A stretch of 64,000 nt of DNA, from contig OY969767.1 of the NCBI GenBank assembly GCA_963702895.1, positions 2,112,001-2,176,000 on the forward strand, written 5' to 3'. The position numbers and the translations under genes were made by a program. This DNA comes from an uncultured Elusimicrobia bacterium. GTDB taxonomy: Bacteria > Elusimicrobiota > Elusimicrobia > 2-01-FULL-59-12. Shown here piece after piece: positions 9,886-19,213 of this stretch (position 1 is its first letter; every line of letters starts with the position of its first letter). The notes under the pieces are model-generated. The model saw nothing but the letters and a program-made list of their open reading frames with translations. It was not told the DNA's origin and searched no databases.

Positions 9886-11049
9886 TCTCGCGCGAACGTC
9901 CTCCACGTAACGGATGAAGTTATCTTTCATTTCGCGCAAGCTATCGCCGCCAAATTTTTCCCGCATGGCGAGCGCAATCTCAAAAGCGGCAATCGCCTCG
10001 GCGGCCACACCCGCCGCCGGGACCGCGATGACGTCGGAGCGGATCGTCTCCGCCGTGATGGGCTCTTTCGTCTCCATATGGACGGTTTTGAGCGGCTTCA
10101 TCAGGGTCGAGATTGGTTTTTTCGCGACGGACAGGACAATGGGCTCTCCCGTGGTCATGCCGCCCTCAAACCCTCCCGCGTTGTTGGAACCACGGTAGAA
10201 GCCTCTGTCCTGGGAATAGAAAATCTCATCATGGACTTGGCTGCCGAACTTGCGTGAAGCGTCAAAGCCCAGGCCGAACTCCACGCCTTTCATGGCTTGT
10301 AACGACATCATGGCCCAGGCGAGTCGCCCTTCCAGCTTCCTGTCCCATTGCACATGGCTCCCCAGACCGACCGGGCATCCGGTGATGACCACCGTGAAGA
10401 CACCGCCGAGCGTATCGCCGCCCGCTTTGGCCTGATCGATGAATCCGATCATGGCCTTTTCCGCTTCCGGGTCCGGACAGCGGACCGGCGAGGCTTCCGT
10501 TTTAGAGATGATTTCCGCCGCTGTCTTGGGAATATTTCGAGCGCGTACGGATCCAATTTCCCGCACATAGGAAAAGATATTGATCCCAAAAGGTTCGAGC
10601 ATCTTGCGGCAGACCGCGCCGACCGCCACCCGCATGGCGGTTTCCCGAGCGGAGGCGCGCTCAAGGATGTCTTGCGCGTCTTGGCGTCCATATTTGAGCA
10701 TCCCCACGAGGTCCGCGTGGCCGGGGCGCGGCTTCAGGATTCGCTTGGATTCGTCGCGGTCTTGTGGATCGACCGAGAGAAGCTTCTGCCACTTCTCCCA
10801 TTCCTTATTGAAAATGGTCATCGCGATGGGCGCGCCCGTGGTTTCGCCCCAACGAAGGCCGCCCGAGACTTGCACCTGGTCTGTTTCGATCGCCATGCGA
10901 GCGCCGCGGCCATAGCCTTTTTGCCGACGGGCTAATTCCTGGTTAATATCATGCTCGGTGACGGCGACGCCCGCTGGCATCCCGTCCAGGATAGCGCTCA
11001 GGGCGAGCCCGTGTGATTCACCGGCGGTCAGATATCGTAAGGCGCTCAT
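9883..11049 (-). CDS. aroC: Chorismate synthase
   Basis: TAGESHG, PRPGHAD, ERASARETA, NNAGGFEGGMTTG. Confidence 0.97.
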   Translation of the reverse strand: MSALRYLTAGESHGLALSAILDGMPAGVAVTEHDINQELARRQKGYGRGARMAIETDQVQVSGGLRWGETTGAPIAMTIFNKEWEKWQKLLSVDPQDRDESKRILKPRPGHADLVGMLKYGRQDAQDILERASARETAMRVAVGAVCRKMLEPFGINIFSYVREIGSVRARNIPKTAAEIISKTEASPVRCPDPEAEKAMIGFIDQAKAGGDTLGGVFTVVITGCPVGLGSHVQWDRKLEGRLAWAMMSLQAMKGVEFGLGFDASRKFGSQVHDEIFYSQDRGFYRGSNNAGGFEGGMTTGEPIVLSVAKKPISTLMKPLKTVHMETKEPITAETIRSDVIAVPAAGVAAEAIAAFEIALAMREKFGGDSLREMKDNFIRYVEDVRAR

Positions 11050-11906
11050 TTGATGAATTTCAGCGCGTGTTCCACCGCGTTTTTCATGACACGGAAGGGC
11101 GCGCGCTTCCCCGTGAAAATTTCAAAGGACCTGGCCCCCTGGGACACGAGCATCCCCAGGCCGTCCAGATGCTTCAGTCCCCGGCGGCGCGCCATGGCGA
11201 GCAGCGCCGTATCGCTATACACCAGGTCATACACAAAGAGTTTCGGGTGAAGACAGTTGGGATTCAGGGTGAGCCGTTCGCTGCCCTTGAGGCCCACCGA
11301 GGTGGCATTGACGAGAAGATCGGACTCTCGAATCAGCCAATAAAGCGCTCGCGATTCATCAAGCGCGACCGCCAGGGTCTCCCGGTCGGTGTGCCGCTGC
11401 ACACGCTTGGCAAGAACCTGCGCTCGGTTCTTGCTGCGATTGGCGATCACGAGGCGCCGAACCCCTGCTCCCGCAAGGGCCATGGCGACAGCGCTGGCGG
11501 CTCCACCGGCACCCAAGATCACGACCTTTTTCCCGGAGGGCTCAAAATGACCGTCCTTGTGGAGCGAAAGCAAAAAGCCGGAACCGTCTGTGTTATAGCC
11601 GTAGAGCTTACCGGCCTTCTGGACAATCGTATTGACGGCGCCGACCTGCTTGGCGGAAGCGTCTAACTCGTCGAGAAATTCAATCACGCCCCCCTTGTGA
11701 GGCACCGTGATATTCACACCGGAGATTCCCAGCGCGCGCAGAGAAAGGGTCGCTTTCCCCAGATCCTCCGGCTTCACCGCAAAAGGCACATAGACCGCAT
11801 GGATGCCCAGCGCTTCAAAGGCCGCGTTATGCATGATGGGGGAAAGCGAATGCTCCACCGGATATCCCATAATGCCGAAGATTTGTGTATTCCCGAATAC
11901 TTTCAT
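11046..11906 (-). CDS. aroE: Shikimate dehydrogenase
   Basis: HSLSPIMHN, NITVPHK, GAVNT, NTDG, GAGGAA, NATSVG. Confidence 0.95.
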   Translation of the reverse strand: MKVFGNTQIFGIMGYPVEHSLSPIMHNAAFEALGIHAVYVPFAVKPEDLGKATLSLRALGISGVNITVPHKGGVIEFLDELDASAKQVGAVNTIVQKAGKLYGYNTDGSGFLLSLHKDGHFEPSGKKVVILGAGGAASAVAMALAGAGVRRLVIANRSKNRAQVLAKRVQRHTDRETLAVALDESRALYWLIRESDLLVNATSVGLKGSERLTLNPNCLHPKLFVYDLVYSDTALLAMARRRGLKHLDGLGMLVSQGARSFEIFTGKRAPFRVMKNAVEHALKFIK

Positions 11907-11925
11907 ATCCCCCCCCATTCAGCGC

Positions 11926-11965
11926 GTCATCCCAAAGAACCCGGCTAACGGCATGCCGGGGTGAC
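11926..11965. repeat. Family A repeat, shortened
   Basis: gtcatccc...cccggctaacggcatgccggggtgac; right arm nearly identical to 1758-1783. Confidence 0.75.
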
Positions 11966-11975
11966 AGCGTAAAGT

Positions 11976-13322
11976 CTATGTCCCGCCGACCGAAATCCCT
12001 TTAATCCACAGGGTCGGAGACCCTACGGATCCGTAAAAAACAAGATCATTTCCTACGGCTTCGATGTTTCGAAACAAATCGAGCAAGTTCCCCGCAATGG
12101 TCACCCCGCGCACGCCATGCGAGCGCTTGCCGCCCTCAATCTTTTCTCCCATGATGCCCAGGGAATAATCCCCAGAGACGGTATCGACGGTATGCAGCCC
12201 CATGACATTTCGAACATAAATGGCTGTGCCCGCCCCTTTCAGCAGATCGTCAGGCGCATGGTTCCCCGGCTTGACGAAGAAATTCGTCGATTCAGGCTCA
12301 GGCAGTCCTTTATACGAAGACCGGCCCGCGTTGCCAGTGGAGACTTGACCCACTTTGCGGGCGGAAGCCGAATCATAGAGAAATCCCTTCAGCACCCCGT
12401 CTTGGATGACGGTGGTGGTTTGGGTGGGCATCCCCTCCGCATCAAAGGGAGAACTCCCCAAGCCTCTCTTCAGACAACCATCGTCCAGGAGGGTCACACA
12501 CGCTGAGGCGATGCGTTCTCCCACCTTCATCCCCAGGAAAGACCTCCCTTTGAGCACTTGATCCGCCCGCAAGGCGCTCGCCAAGAGCTCGAGCATCTCC
12601 GCGGAAACAAGCGGATCCAAGAGGAGATTGTACCGCCCGGAAGGCACTTGTTGACCGCCCAAAAGCGAAAGCGTGTGATCGAGGGTCCGATCGATCACTC
12701 GATCGATGCGGAGATCTTCGTAGTGACGAACCGCCTGAAATCCATAACCGACCTGGGTTTCAGCCCCTTGGGTCGCGACACAAGCCAGCGAAAAACTCAG
12801 GGAGGTGCCGCAAGTCCATGCCGTGACTCCCGTGGAGCTGGTGATCGCTGAATCAGAGCAGCCTTCGCGGTAGCTCGCGCGGAGGACTTTCCTCAGACGA
12901 CTGTCCCGCTTTTTGACCTTTTCCTCAAGGGAGCTCAGGAACTCTGAGCGCTCCTCAAAAGTTTGGCTTCGCAGGGTTTCATCGACAAGGTCAAGATCTT
13001 CTCCCTTCCCTAGCGTCTGAGGTTTGGGCAGTTCCAGCTGCGAATCGGCACCCGTCACGTGGCTGGCGTCCACAGCCGCTTCCGCTAGCCAGGAGAGTCC
13101 CTCCGGGTCCAAACGATTGGTCGAAGCAAATCCCAATTTGCCTTGATCCACCACGCGAAGACCCATCCCTCGGCTTTTGGAGATCGATAAATTTTCCGGG
13201 CGCCCCTCGCTCCATTCCTGGGTACGATGTTCGGAACGGATGAAAAAGGCCTCCGACTGCGCGGAGGGGGCGAGATGGCGAAGCACCTCCAGAACTTGGT
13301 CGCCCAAAGTCGAAGGCGTCAT
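11976..13322 (-). CDS. pmbA: TldD/PmbA family protein (PmbA-like)
   Basis: GMGLRV, SSPFDAEG, GVLKGFLYD, STGNAGR, TIAGNL; no HExxxH motif; start overlaps the upstream stop (ATGA). Confidence 0.85.
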   Translation of the reverse strand: MTPSTLGDQVLEVLRHLAPSAQSEAFFIRSEHRTQEWSEGRPENLSISKSRGMGLRVVDQGKLGFASTNRLDPEGLSWLAEAAVDASHVTGADSQLELPKPQTLGKGEDLDLVDETLRSQTFEERSEFLSSLEEKVKKRDSRLRKVLRASYREGCSDSAITSSTGVTAWTCGTSLSFSLACVATQGAETQVGYGFQAVRHYEDLRIDRVIDRTLDHTLSLLGGQQVPSGRYNLLLDPLVSAEMLELLASALRADQVLKGRSFLGMKVGERIASACVTLLDDGCLKRGLGSSPFDAEGMPTQTTTVIQDGVLKGFLYDSASARKVGQVSTGNAGRSSYKGLPEPESTNFFVKPGNHAPDDLLKGAGTAIYVRNVMGLHTVDTVSGDYSLGIMGEKIEGGKRSHGVRGVTIAGNLLDLFRNIEAVGNDLVFYGSVGSPTLWIKGISVGGT

Positions 13323-13534
13323 CGAACTGGAGTCGTGTAGCCGAGGACAAGCAAGATAAAGCCAATCAAAAGAAGCCAAGCCCCCACTTTTTTCCCCTTC
13401 AGGAGAACCAACGAATCTTTGAAGAAAGTCTCGCGCATAAAGGCATTCAGGCGCACGATCTGTTGAGGATCCAGAAGGTAGCCCAGGCCTATGAAAACAA
13501 GCAAGAAACCCAAGGAGAGCCGGAGCAGGAACAT
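13319..13534 (-). CDS. Small two-TM membrane protein
   Basis: Two hydrophobic segments; translationally coupled to pmbA. Confidence 0.65.
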   Translation of the reverse strand: MFLLRLSLGFLLVFIGLGYLLDPQQIVRLNAFMRETFFKDSLVLLKGKKVGAWLLLIGFILLVLGYTTPVR

Positions 13535-13617
13535 GGTTCGACTCACTTCCATTCGCTCACTACTGGTTCGACCCATCACGGACGGTGAGCGAGCTAATTA
13601 TCGCGAGTCGAACCGCG
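13532..13617. repeat. Family C-related repeat upstream of the small membrane protein
   Basis: catggttcgactc...gctcac...ggttcgac...gtgagc...gagtcgaacc inverted arms. Confidence 0.6.
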
Positions 13618-13797
13618 ACGAGGAATCTATCAAAATCCGTCGAGAATAGTCAATCAATTGGAAGAAATGAATAAGGTTGCCGAAGAGGGTGACTGATGGG
13701 CCAGAAGGCCCATTCATGGGCGTAATGGCCTCCAGTATGACAAAGGGATGTAACACTCCTGTAATATTGCCCAAGTACACTTGACGACAGACTTCTC

Positions 13798-14244
13798 ATG
13801 AACATCCTCGGGGTTGCTTCTTTGGTTTCGATCGATCGCCTGCCGGGTAAGCGTGGGCTGCGTTATCTCTGCACCTTGTTCCTCCTTAGCGGGCTCCCGT
13901 GTTTTCTATCAGCGGTGCAGTCTCGTGATACCTGTGAGCTCTACAGCTGGGAGAAAGGCAATGAATGGTATTACACTCTCGTCGCAGGCCAAGACCGCTC
14001 TCGCGATGCCCTTGAGATTCGCTGGTCGGCCGGGCGCGTAAGAGGTATTTATCCCCTCAAAGAAAAGATTTTTGACTTGCCCGCGGGGACCAAGGTGCAT
14101 TGGCGCGAAATGGACGATCGTGGCCTGGTCCTGCCTCCCCCTCCCATCGTCGCGGACCTGACGAAGTACGCGGCCAGTGTCGGCGTGGCTATCGTGGTGC
14201 ATCCCTCGCCACCGTCCTCCCACCCACATCCCAAGAAAGACTGA
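13798..14244 (+). CDS. Hypothetical protein, possibly exported
   Basis: Hydrophobic segment followed by ELYSW...WYYTLVAG; start uncertain. Confidence 0.5.
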   Translation: MNILGVASLVSIDRLPGKRGLRYLCTLFLLSGLPCFLSAVQSRDTCELYSWEKGNEWYYTLVAGQDRSRDALEIRWSAGRVRGIYPLKEKIFDLPAGTKVHWREMDDRGLVLPPPPIVADLTKYAASVGVAIVVHPSPPSSHPHPKKD

Positions 14245-14299
14245 CTGAAAGCGGCACTTGGCGTTGCCTCTCTTCTGAAATCCATCACGGCACCTTTAT

Positions 14300-14869
14300 A
14301 TGATAGTGGCCTCTGACCAATCTCCGATGAAGCTCACGATCAAACACAAAGAGCGCTTCAAGAAAGTGGTCCGACGCTATCAGGGCCGTGCCATTGGGTT
14401 TCGGATGGATGAAATTTTCCTCCACGATGGCCGTGTCCGCACCCGGGAATACCTGACCCACCCCGGGGCCGTAGGAGTTCTTGCGTTGGAATCGCCCGAA
14501 ACGATCATCCTCGTCAAGCAATACCGGTACCCGATCGCCCAATTCACCTATGAGATTCCAGCGGGGAAGCTTTCCAAAGGTGAAAATCCACTGGCTTGCG
14601 TGAAGAGGGAACTGCAAGAGGAGACTGGCTTTGTCGCGAAAAAAATACGGAAATTGCTTTCCTACTGGCCGAGCGCGGCCTTTTCGCAGGAAGTCATCCA
14701 CCTCTATGTTGCCGAAGGTCTCAAACCCGCGCGCATGAACCCCGATGAGGATGAGTTCTTGGAACTGGTGCGCCTGAGCCCGCAAAAACTTCAGTGGATG
14801 ATCCAGCGAGGGACCATCCAGGATTCGAAAACCCTGATTGCTTATCTCGCCTGGAAAGCATTCTGCTAG
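14300..14869 (+). CDS. nudF: NUDIX hydrolase (ADP-ribose pyrophosphatase-like)
   Basis: HPGAV, QYRYP, EIPAGK...RELQEETG Nudix box, DEDEFLE, DSKT. Confidence 0.88.
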   Translation: MIVASDQSPMKLTIKHKERFKKVVRRYQGRAIGFRMDEIFLHDGRVRTREYLTHPGAVGVLALESPETIILVKQYRYPIAQFTYEIPAGKLSKGENPLACVKRELQEETGFVAKKIRKLLSYWPSAAFSQEVIHLYVAEGLKPARMNPDEDEFLELVRLSPQKLQWMIQRGTIQDSKTLIAYLAWKAFC

Positions 14870-15041
14870 AGGACTTGGGCCAGGGGTCTCCGCCAGCCCA
14901 CCTGCAAGCCTGTTGCGCAAACTTTCGACATAGCTCCCCGCTCAGGACGATGCCTTCCGAGAGTCACCCTGCAAGATCCCTCCCTGGCTCGCAGGACCTC
15001 GCAGCGTGAGGATCGCCCAAATAATCCGATAAGCCACCCCT

Positions 15042-15076
15042 GACGTCATCCCCCGCGGCCGTCAGCGGGGGATCCA
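15042..15076. repeat. Family A repeat, left arm only, next to the IS end
   Basis: gacgtcatcccccgcggccgtcagcgggggatcca. Confidence 0.75.
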
Positions 15077-15108
15077 TCGACGGCCTTGGTGTAGGTGTTG
15101 GTGGCGGG

Positions 15109-16847
15109 ATCGAAGACGAAGGGTTTCACTTATTGGGTGAAAAATGAGGGGTCAACACAGGAGGCTTTGAAAAAGGGTGCAGCGCGTGATTTTACAGCGA
15201 CGCGCAGAGGCAATAAAATACCTCGCAAGCCAGAGTGGAATCTGAACTGCGAGGTGCTTTTATGTTACTGAAGAACTTGGACGTATACAAGGTCTCGACG
15301 ACGGATCAAGCGGTGACGAGTTTTGCAGGGCTGCCGTTGTTGTTGGGGACGGCACGGAGCCTGGGGTTGGAGGAGCGGCTCAATGCGCTGCCGGTGAAGG
15401 AGCGGGCGCGGGGATACGATCCTGCCGAGAGTATTTTGGGGTTGATGGGATCGATCCAGGCGGGCGGGGAAGCGCTCGAAGACATCGGGCTGCTGCAAGG
15501 GGACGAGGGGATACGGCGCTTGCTGGGGGATTTTCCGGCAGCGAACACGTTGGGCGAATTTCTTCGGCGTTTTGGGCGCAAGACGATTCATGGGTTGGGA
15601 TGGGTCCAGCTCAAGACGGCGGCGAAGGTGATCCGGGCCTGCGAGCTGTCTATTGTGACGATCGATATCGACGCTTATTTTTTGGAGTCACAGAAGGAAG
15701 GCGTCTTGATGAATTACGATGGACTGGAAGGGTATTGTCCGGTGATGGTCAGTTGCGCGGAGCTGAAGATGCCGCTGGCCGGGGCGTTTCGGGCAGGCAA
15801 TGCGAGCCCGATGGCGAACCTGGCGAGTTTGTTGCGGCGGGTCTTGCGGCAGTTTTCCGGTTTGCGGATGAGGGCGCGCTCAGACAGCGCGGGGTATCAG
15901 GCGAAGGTGGTTCGGGAATTGGATCGGGCCGGGGTGGACTTCACCATCACGGCGCGCAAGGATGATGCCGTTTTGGAAGCGATTCGGTCGATTCCGGAGA
16001 AGGCCTGGAAGAAGTACAACTCGCCGGTCTATCCCCATAAGGGATCTGAGATTGCCGAGACGGTGCATGCTTTTGGGGAGGCGGACAAGGATATCGCCGC
16101 ATTTCGGTTGGTCGTGGTGCGCTGGCAGCAGGAGCCGCAAGGCGAGCTTTTCGATAAGGAGCACTTTGAATACCATGCGGTGGCGACGCGGTTCACATGG
16201 GAACCGGGATTGGTTCTGCAATTTCACCGTAACCGGCAGGATGGGTCGGAGAACGTGAACCGGGAGATGAAGAGCGAGGGTGGGTTTGGATTATCCAAGC
16301 TGCCGTGCCGGGATTTTATGGCCAATGCCGCCTATTTCCAGATCGCGATGTTGGCGTCGGTGGTCACGGCAGCCTTCAAGCATTTGGTTCTGCCGAAAGC
16401 CTGGCAGAGCTTCACGATCCAGACGCTGCGGCACCGGCTGATCCGCTTGGCCGGGACAGTGTGCCGGAAGTCGCGCTATCTGTGGTTAAAGATTCCGGAA
16501 AACTACCCGTTCCGGCGGGTTTTTGAAGAGGCGCGCTATGGCGTGTTGGGGCTGTCTGTGGTGATCGCGTCTACCGGTTGATTGACGGGACGGCGACACC
16601 GAAGGCATCGACGGAGGGAAAGAACCGAACAGAGGGTCGGAGCGGCGAAAACTGCCGCAAAAGGCCGACAATTGATCAGACGGTAGTCTGAACCGCCTCC
16701 GAGGGAAGCCAAGGGTACCCGAAGCAGGCGAGAAACCTGGTCGCCGCGGCGACCGAGCGGTGAAAAATTGGGACCTATGTGTGGCCTACGTCAAAACGCA
16801 GCGCTGCAGAAAATTACCGGAGCTTTTGGGAGGATCGGGTCTTCGAT
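15109..16847 (+). mobile_element. IS1380-family insertion sequence (ends approximate)
   Basis: Single DDE transposase with strong G-skew relative to neighbours; 9-bp inverted repeat atcgaagac (15109-15117) / gtcttcgat (16839-16847). Confidence 0.7.
15262..16581 (+). CDS. IS1380-family transposase (DDE domain group 1)
   Basis: TSFAGL, IDIDA, RAGN, RSDSAGY, HRNR..ENVNREMK, F.ANAA, TLRHRLI signatures; GAGGTG RBS before ATG 15262. Confidence 0.9.
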   Translation: MLLKNLDVYKVSTTDQAVTSFAGLPLLLGTARSLGLEERLNALPVKERARGYDPAESILGLMGSIQAGGEALEDIGLLQGDEGIRRLLGDFPAANTLGEFLRRFGRKTIHGLGWVQLKTAAKVIRACELSIVTIDIDAYFLESQKEGVLMNYDGLEGYCPVMVSCAELKMPLAGAFRAGNASPMANLASLLRRVLRQFSGLRMRARSDSAGYQAKVVRELDRAGVDFTITARKDDAVLEAIRSIPEKAWKKYNSPVYPHKGSEIAETVHAFGEADKDIAAFRLVVVRWQQEPQGELFDKEHFEYHAVATRFTWEPGLVLQFHRNRQDGSENVNREMKSEGGFGLSKLPCRDFMANAAYFQIAMLASVVTAAFKHLVLPKAWQSFTIQTLRHRLIRLAGTVCRKSRYLWLKIPENYPFRRVFEEARYGVLGLSVVIASTG

Positions 16848-16875
16848 GCCCATGGGATCGAGAGAAGTTATAATC

Positions 16876-18432
16876 GTGCGAGTGCTGAATAAGAGATCTT
16901 TCCCGTTCCCTCTCCTGACTCAAGTTCTTCTGATCTTCCTGATCTTTGGGAGCCTGTACTATCTCACCCGCAGCTGGCTGTTTAGTTATGACAGCATCAC
17001 CAATGCCCTGGAAATTGAAAGGGTCGGCTGGGACGATGTCAGGACCCCGGCGCATATGCTTCCGACGCTTGTGGCTGTCTTGTTCTACAAGACGTTTGCG
17101 CTTCTTGGGCACCCCCTGCGCGCGCTCTACATTGCTCAACAACTCAATGTCCTTTGGGGGGCCCTTTCGGTCGCCGTCTTCTATGGGGTCCTGGCCCCGC
17201 GGTTCGGCGGGCGCGTGGCGGCCCTTACGAGCGCTGCGATGGGGGTGAGTTACGCCTACTGGTCCGAAGCTATTGATCCAGGGGTTTATCCCTTAGCAGG
17301 ACTCGGTGCAGCCCTAGCCGTCGGCTCAATTCTCTATCGAGACAAGATTCCTTCCTGGCTGGCTGGCGCCTTCGGCGGATTTCTTCTGCTTATTCACCAA
17401 ATGTTTCTCTTTGCCTTGCCCGCTTTAGCGTACAGTCAGTGGACGAAAAAGACACATGAATCTCAGAAGTTGCGGGATTTCTTGATCGGCCTTTCGCTCA
17501 CAGGCGCCTTGCCGTATCTGATCTTCATGTTTCGGCATAGCCGTTCTGGCAAAGAAATGATCCATTGGCTTTTGTCCCCCCCCGGGCAGCGCGCGCATGA
17601 CTCGATCCTGCATCATCAATTCTGGAGCCGGGACTTCGTCGCAAGCGCCAAGCTCCTATGGCACAGCACCATCGAAGCGATCATGGGCCCCGCCATGGCT
17701 TCACATGAGACATGGTTTCGGCTTGGGTATATTTTCTGGGAGATCGTCCTCATCTTGAGCATCGGTGTTCTGCTCTTCAGCCTGTTGAAAAAGAGTCGGC
17801 TGGGGTTCTCTCCGGTTGAAATCAAAGCTCTTGTCCTTTGGATTGGTCTCATGAACCTCTTTCAAGCTGTTTTCGCCGTAGGGATCGTCCGCTACAAGAT
17901 CCTGTTCCTCCCGGCGGCGCTTACGCTCTTGGCCGCCGGGCTGGCACATTGGCTCAGGCCGTACCTCTGGCTGGGTGGGGTTCTCATCGTCTGCGTGGGA
18001 TCCGTCAATTTGTCACGCGCTCTTCCCCCGTCGCGATCGATGAGCGTCAACCGCGATTTGCGGCGCGCGGCCTGGCTGACAAGCGTCGTCACACCCAAGG
18101 ACTTCTTTCTCTTTACGGGAGCAGGAGAAACATCGATTATGAATGTTGCTCTGTTGTATTTCGCCCCTCAGGTCAGGGCCCGTTCAATTTCAGGCTTCTT
18201 ATACGAACATTACGACCAGGCTGATTTCAAGCCCTTGGAGGAAGTGATGCGGCATGCTTGGTCCCTGGGTGGACAGGTTTATATCGAGAGCGCCTTATGG
18301 TCCAATGCGCGTCTCCAGGAGAGCCTGAGCGGGCAAGAAAACCCGTTGGGAAAATGGTTGAGGAATTTTGTCACCCTCGAAACCAAGGTGGGTCCCGACC
18401 GCTACAGCGTCGAGAAAGTGATTCTCCGATGA
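16876..18432 (+). CDS. Polytopic membrane protein, GT-C/PMT (ArnT-like) glycosyltransferase
   Basis: About 11 TM segments, early YDS...AH loop, YWSEA..PGVY; start GTG 16876 or 16882 downstream of TATAAT 16869. Confidence 0.6.
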   Translation: MRVLNKRSFPFPLLTQVLLIFLIFGSLYYLTRSWLFSYDSITNALEIERVGWDDVRTPAHMLPTLVAVLFYKTFALLGHPLRALYIAQQLNVLWGALSVAVFYGVLAPRFGGRVAALTSAAMGVSYAYWSEAIDPGVYPLAGLGAALAVGSILYRDKIPSWLAGAFGGFLLLIHQMFLFALPALAYSQWTKKTHESQKLRDFLIGLSLTGALPYLIFMFRHSRSGKEMIHWLLSPPGQRAHDSILHHQFWSRDFVASAKLLWHSTIEAIMGPAMASHETWFRLGYIFWEIVLILSIGVLLFSLLKKSRLGFSPVEIKALVLWIGLMNLFQAVFAVGIVRYKILFLPAALTLLAAGLAHWLRPYLWLGGVLIVCVGSVNLSRALPPSRSMSVNRDLRRAAWLTSVVTPKDFFLFTGAGETSIMNVALLYFAPQVRARSISGFLYEHYDQADFKPLEEVMRHAWSLGGQVYIESALWSNARLQESLSGQENPLGKWLRNFVTLETKVGPDRYSVEKVILR

Positions 18433-18551
18433 GGGCCGAGGATGGAGAAGCATCCATCGTCAACACCGCTTCGGATCAATGCGCGCAGGCCAAGCGCTCA
18501 AAACCTTCAGGGCTGTGGAGTCTCGTGGTTTTTGGCTCTTGCTCGATCCGA

Positions 18552-19152
18552 TCAGCGATCTTCGCTCACATAGGCCGCGAGCGCTTCCTTCAGGCGACGC
18601 CTGGCGATTCGGCTCTTTTTCCACAGTCGAAAAGCGAGAGGCCATCCAAGCGGGTTCCATAATCTTGGCGTCATGATCATCCCGGGACGTGCGCCCTCTT
18701 GGACCGAACAAGGGGGCAAGATTGTCTGAATACTCGTCGCAAATGACACGCAGCATGCGGATGGGAACACCGTGCCGTGTTCCGACTTCGACGATGGCCC
18801 TGGTTTCCATGTCGACGGCGACGGCCCCCGCGCGCTCGGTAAGTTTTTGACGTTCTGTCGGGGTCCTCGCTGGCTGGTCGACGGTGATGATCCGTTGGGT
18901 CACAAGGTCCCCCGCCCGCAACTCGGGCACCAGGGCCCCACAAAAGCCGACCGAGACAAGCTCCTGGGCTCCTTGATCAACCAGCGTCTCTGCAGCGATC
19001 CTCGCAGCGGTACGTCCCATGCCGGAGATGACGGCAAGAACAGTCCTGCCACCCATGGTGGCGGCATAAATCCTATCTCTCTGACGTAAGAAATGGAAAT
19101 GTTTCAATATCGGGGATGCTTCCCATCGCGTTGGAATGACAAGGCCAATCAC
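18552..19152 (-). pseudogene. hpnG: Hopanoid-associated phosphorylase HpnG-like, apparently frameshifted near 18660-18700
   Basis: SGMG, SVGFCGAL..L.AGD, AVAVDMET and LRVICD in one frame; HpnG-like tail RLWNPLGWPLAFRLWKKSRIARRRL in another frame. Confidence 0.6.
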
Positions 19153-19188
19153 ACCCCTTCTCCCGGCGCTTGCGATGGGAGAGGAGGG
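19153..19188. repeat. Family B hairpin half-element (ccccttctccc...gggagagg) directly upstream of hpnG
   Basis: Matches the arms of the bioA and ketosynthase inserts; on the minus strand it gives GGGAGAAGGGG just before the GTG. Confidence 0.7.
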
Positions 19189-19213
19189 CACCGTTGGACC
19201 TGAAGAGCTTGAA

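Noticed and set aside
14875..15020. SRP RNA, RNase P RNA or tmRNA
   Set aside because: It lacks the diagnostic conserved motifs, so it is kept only as an unassigned structured candidate.
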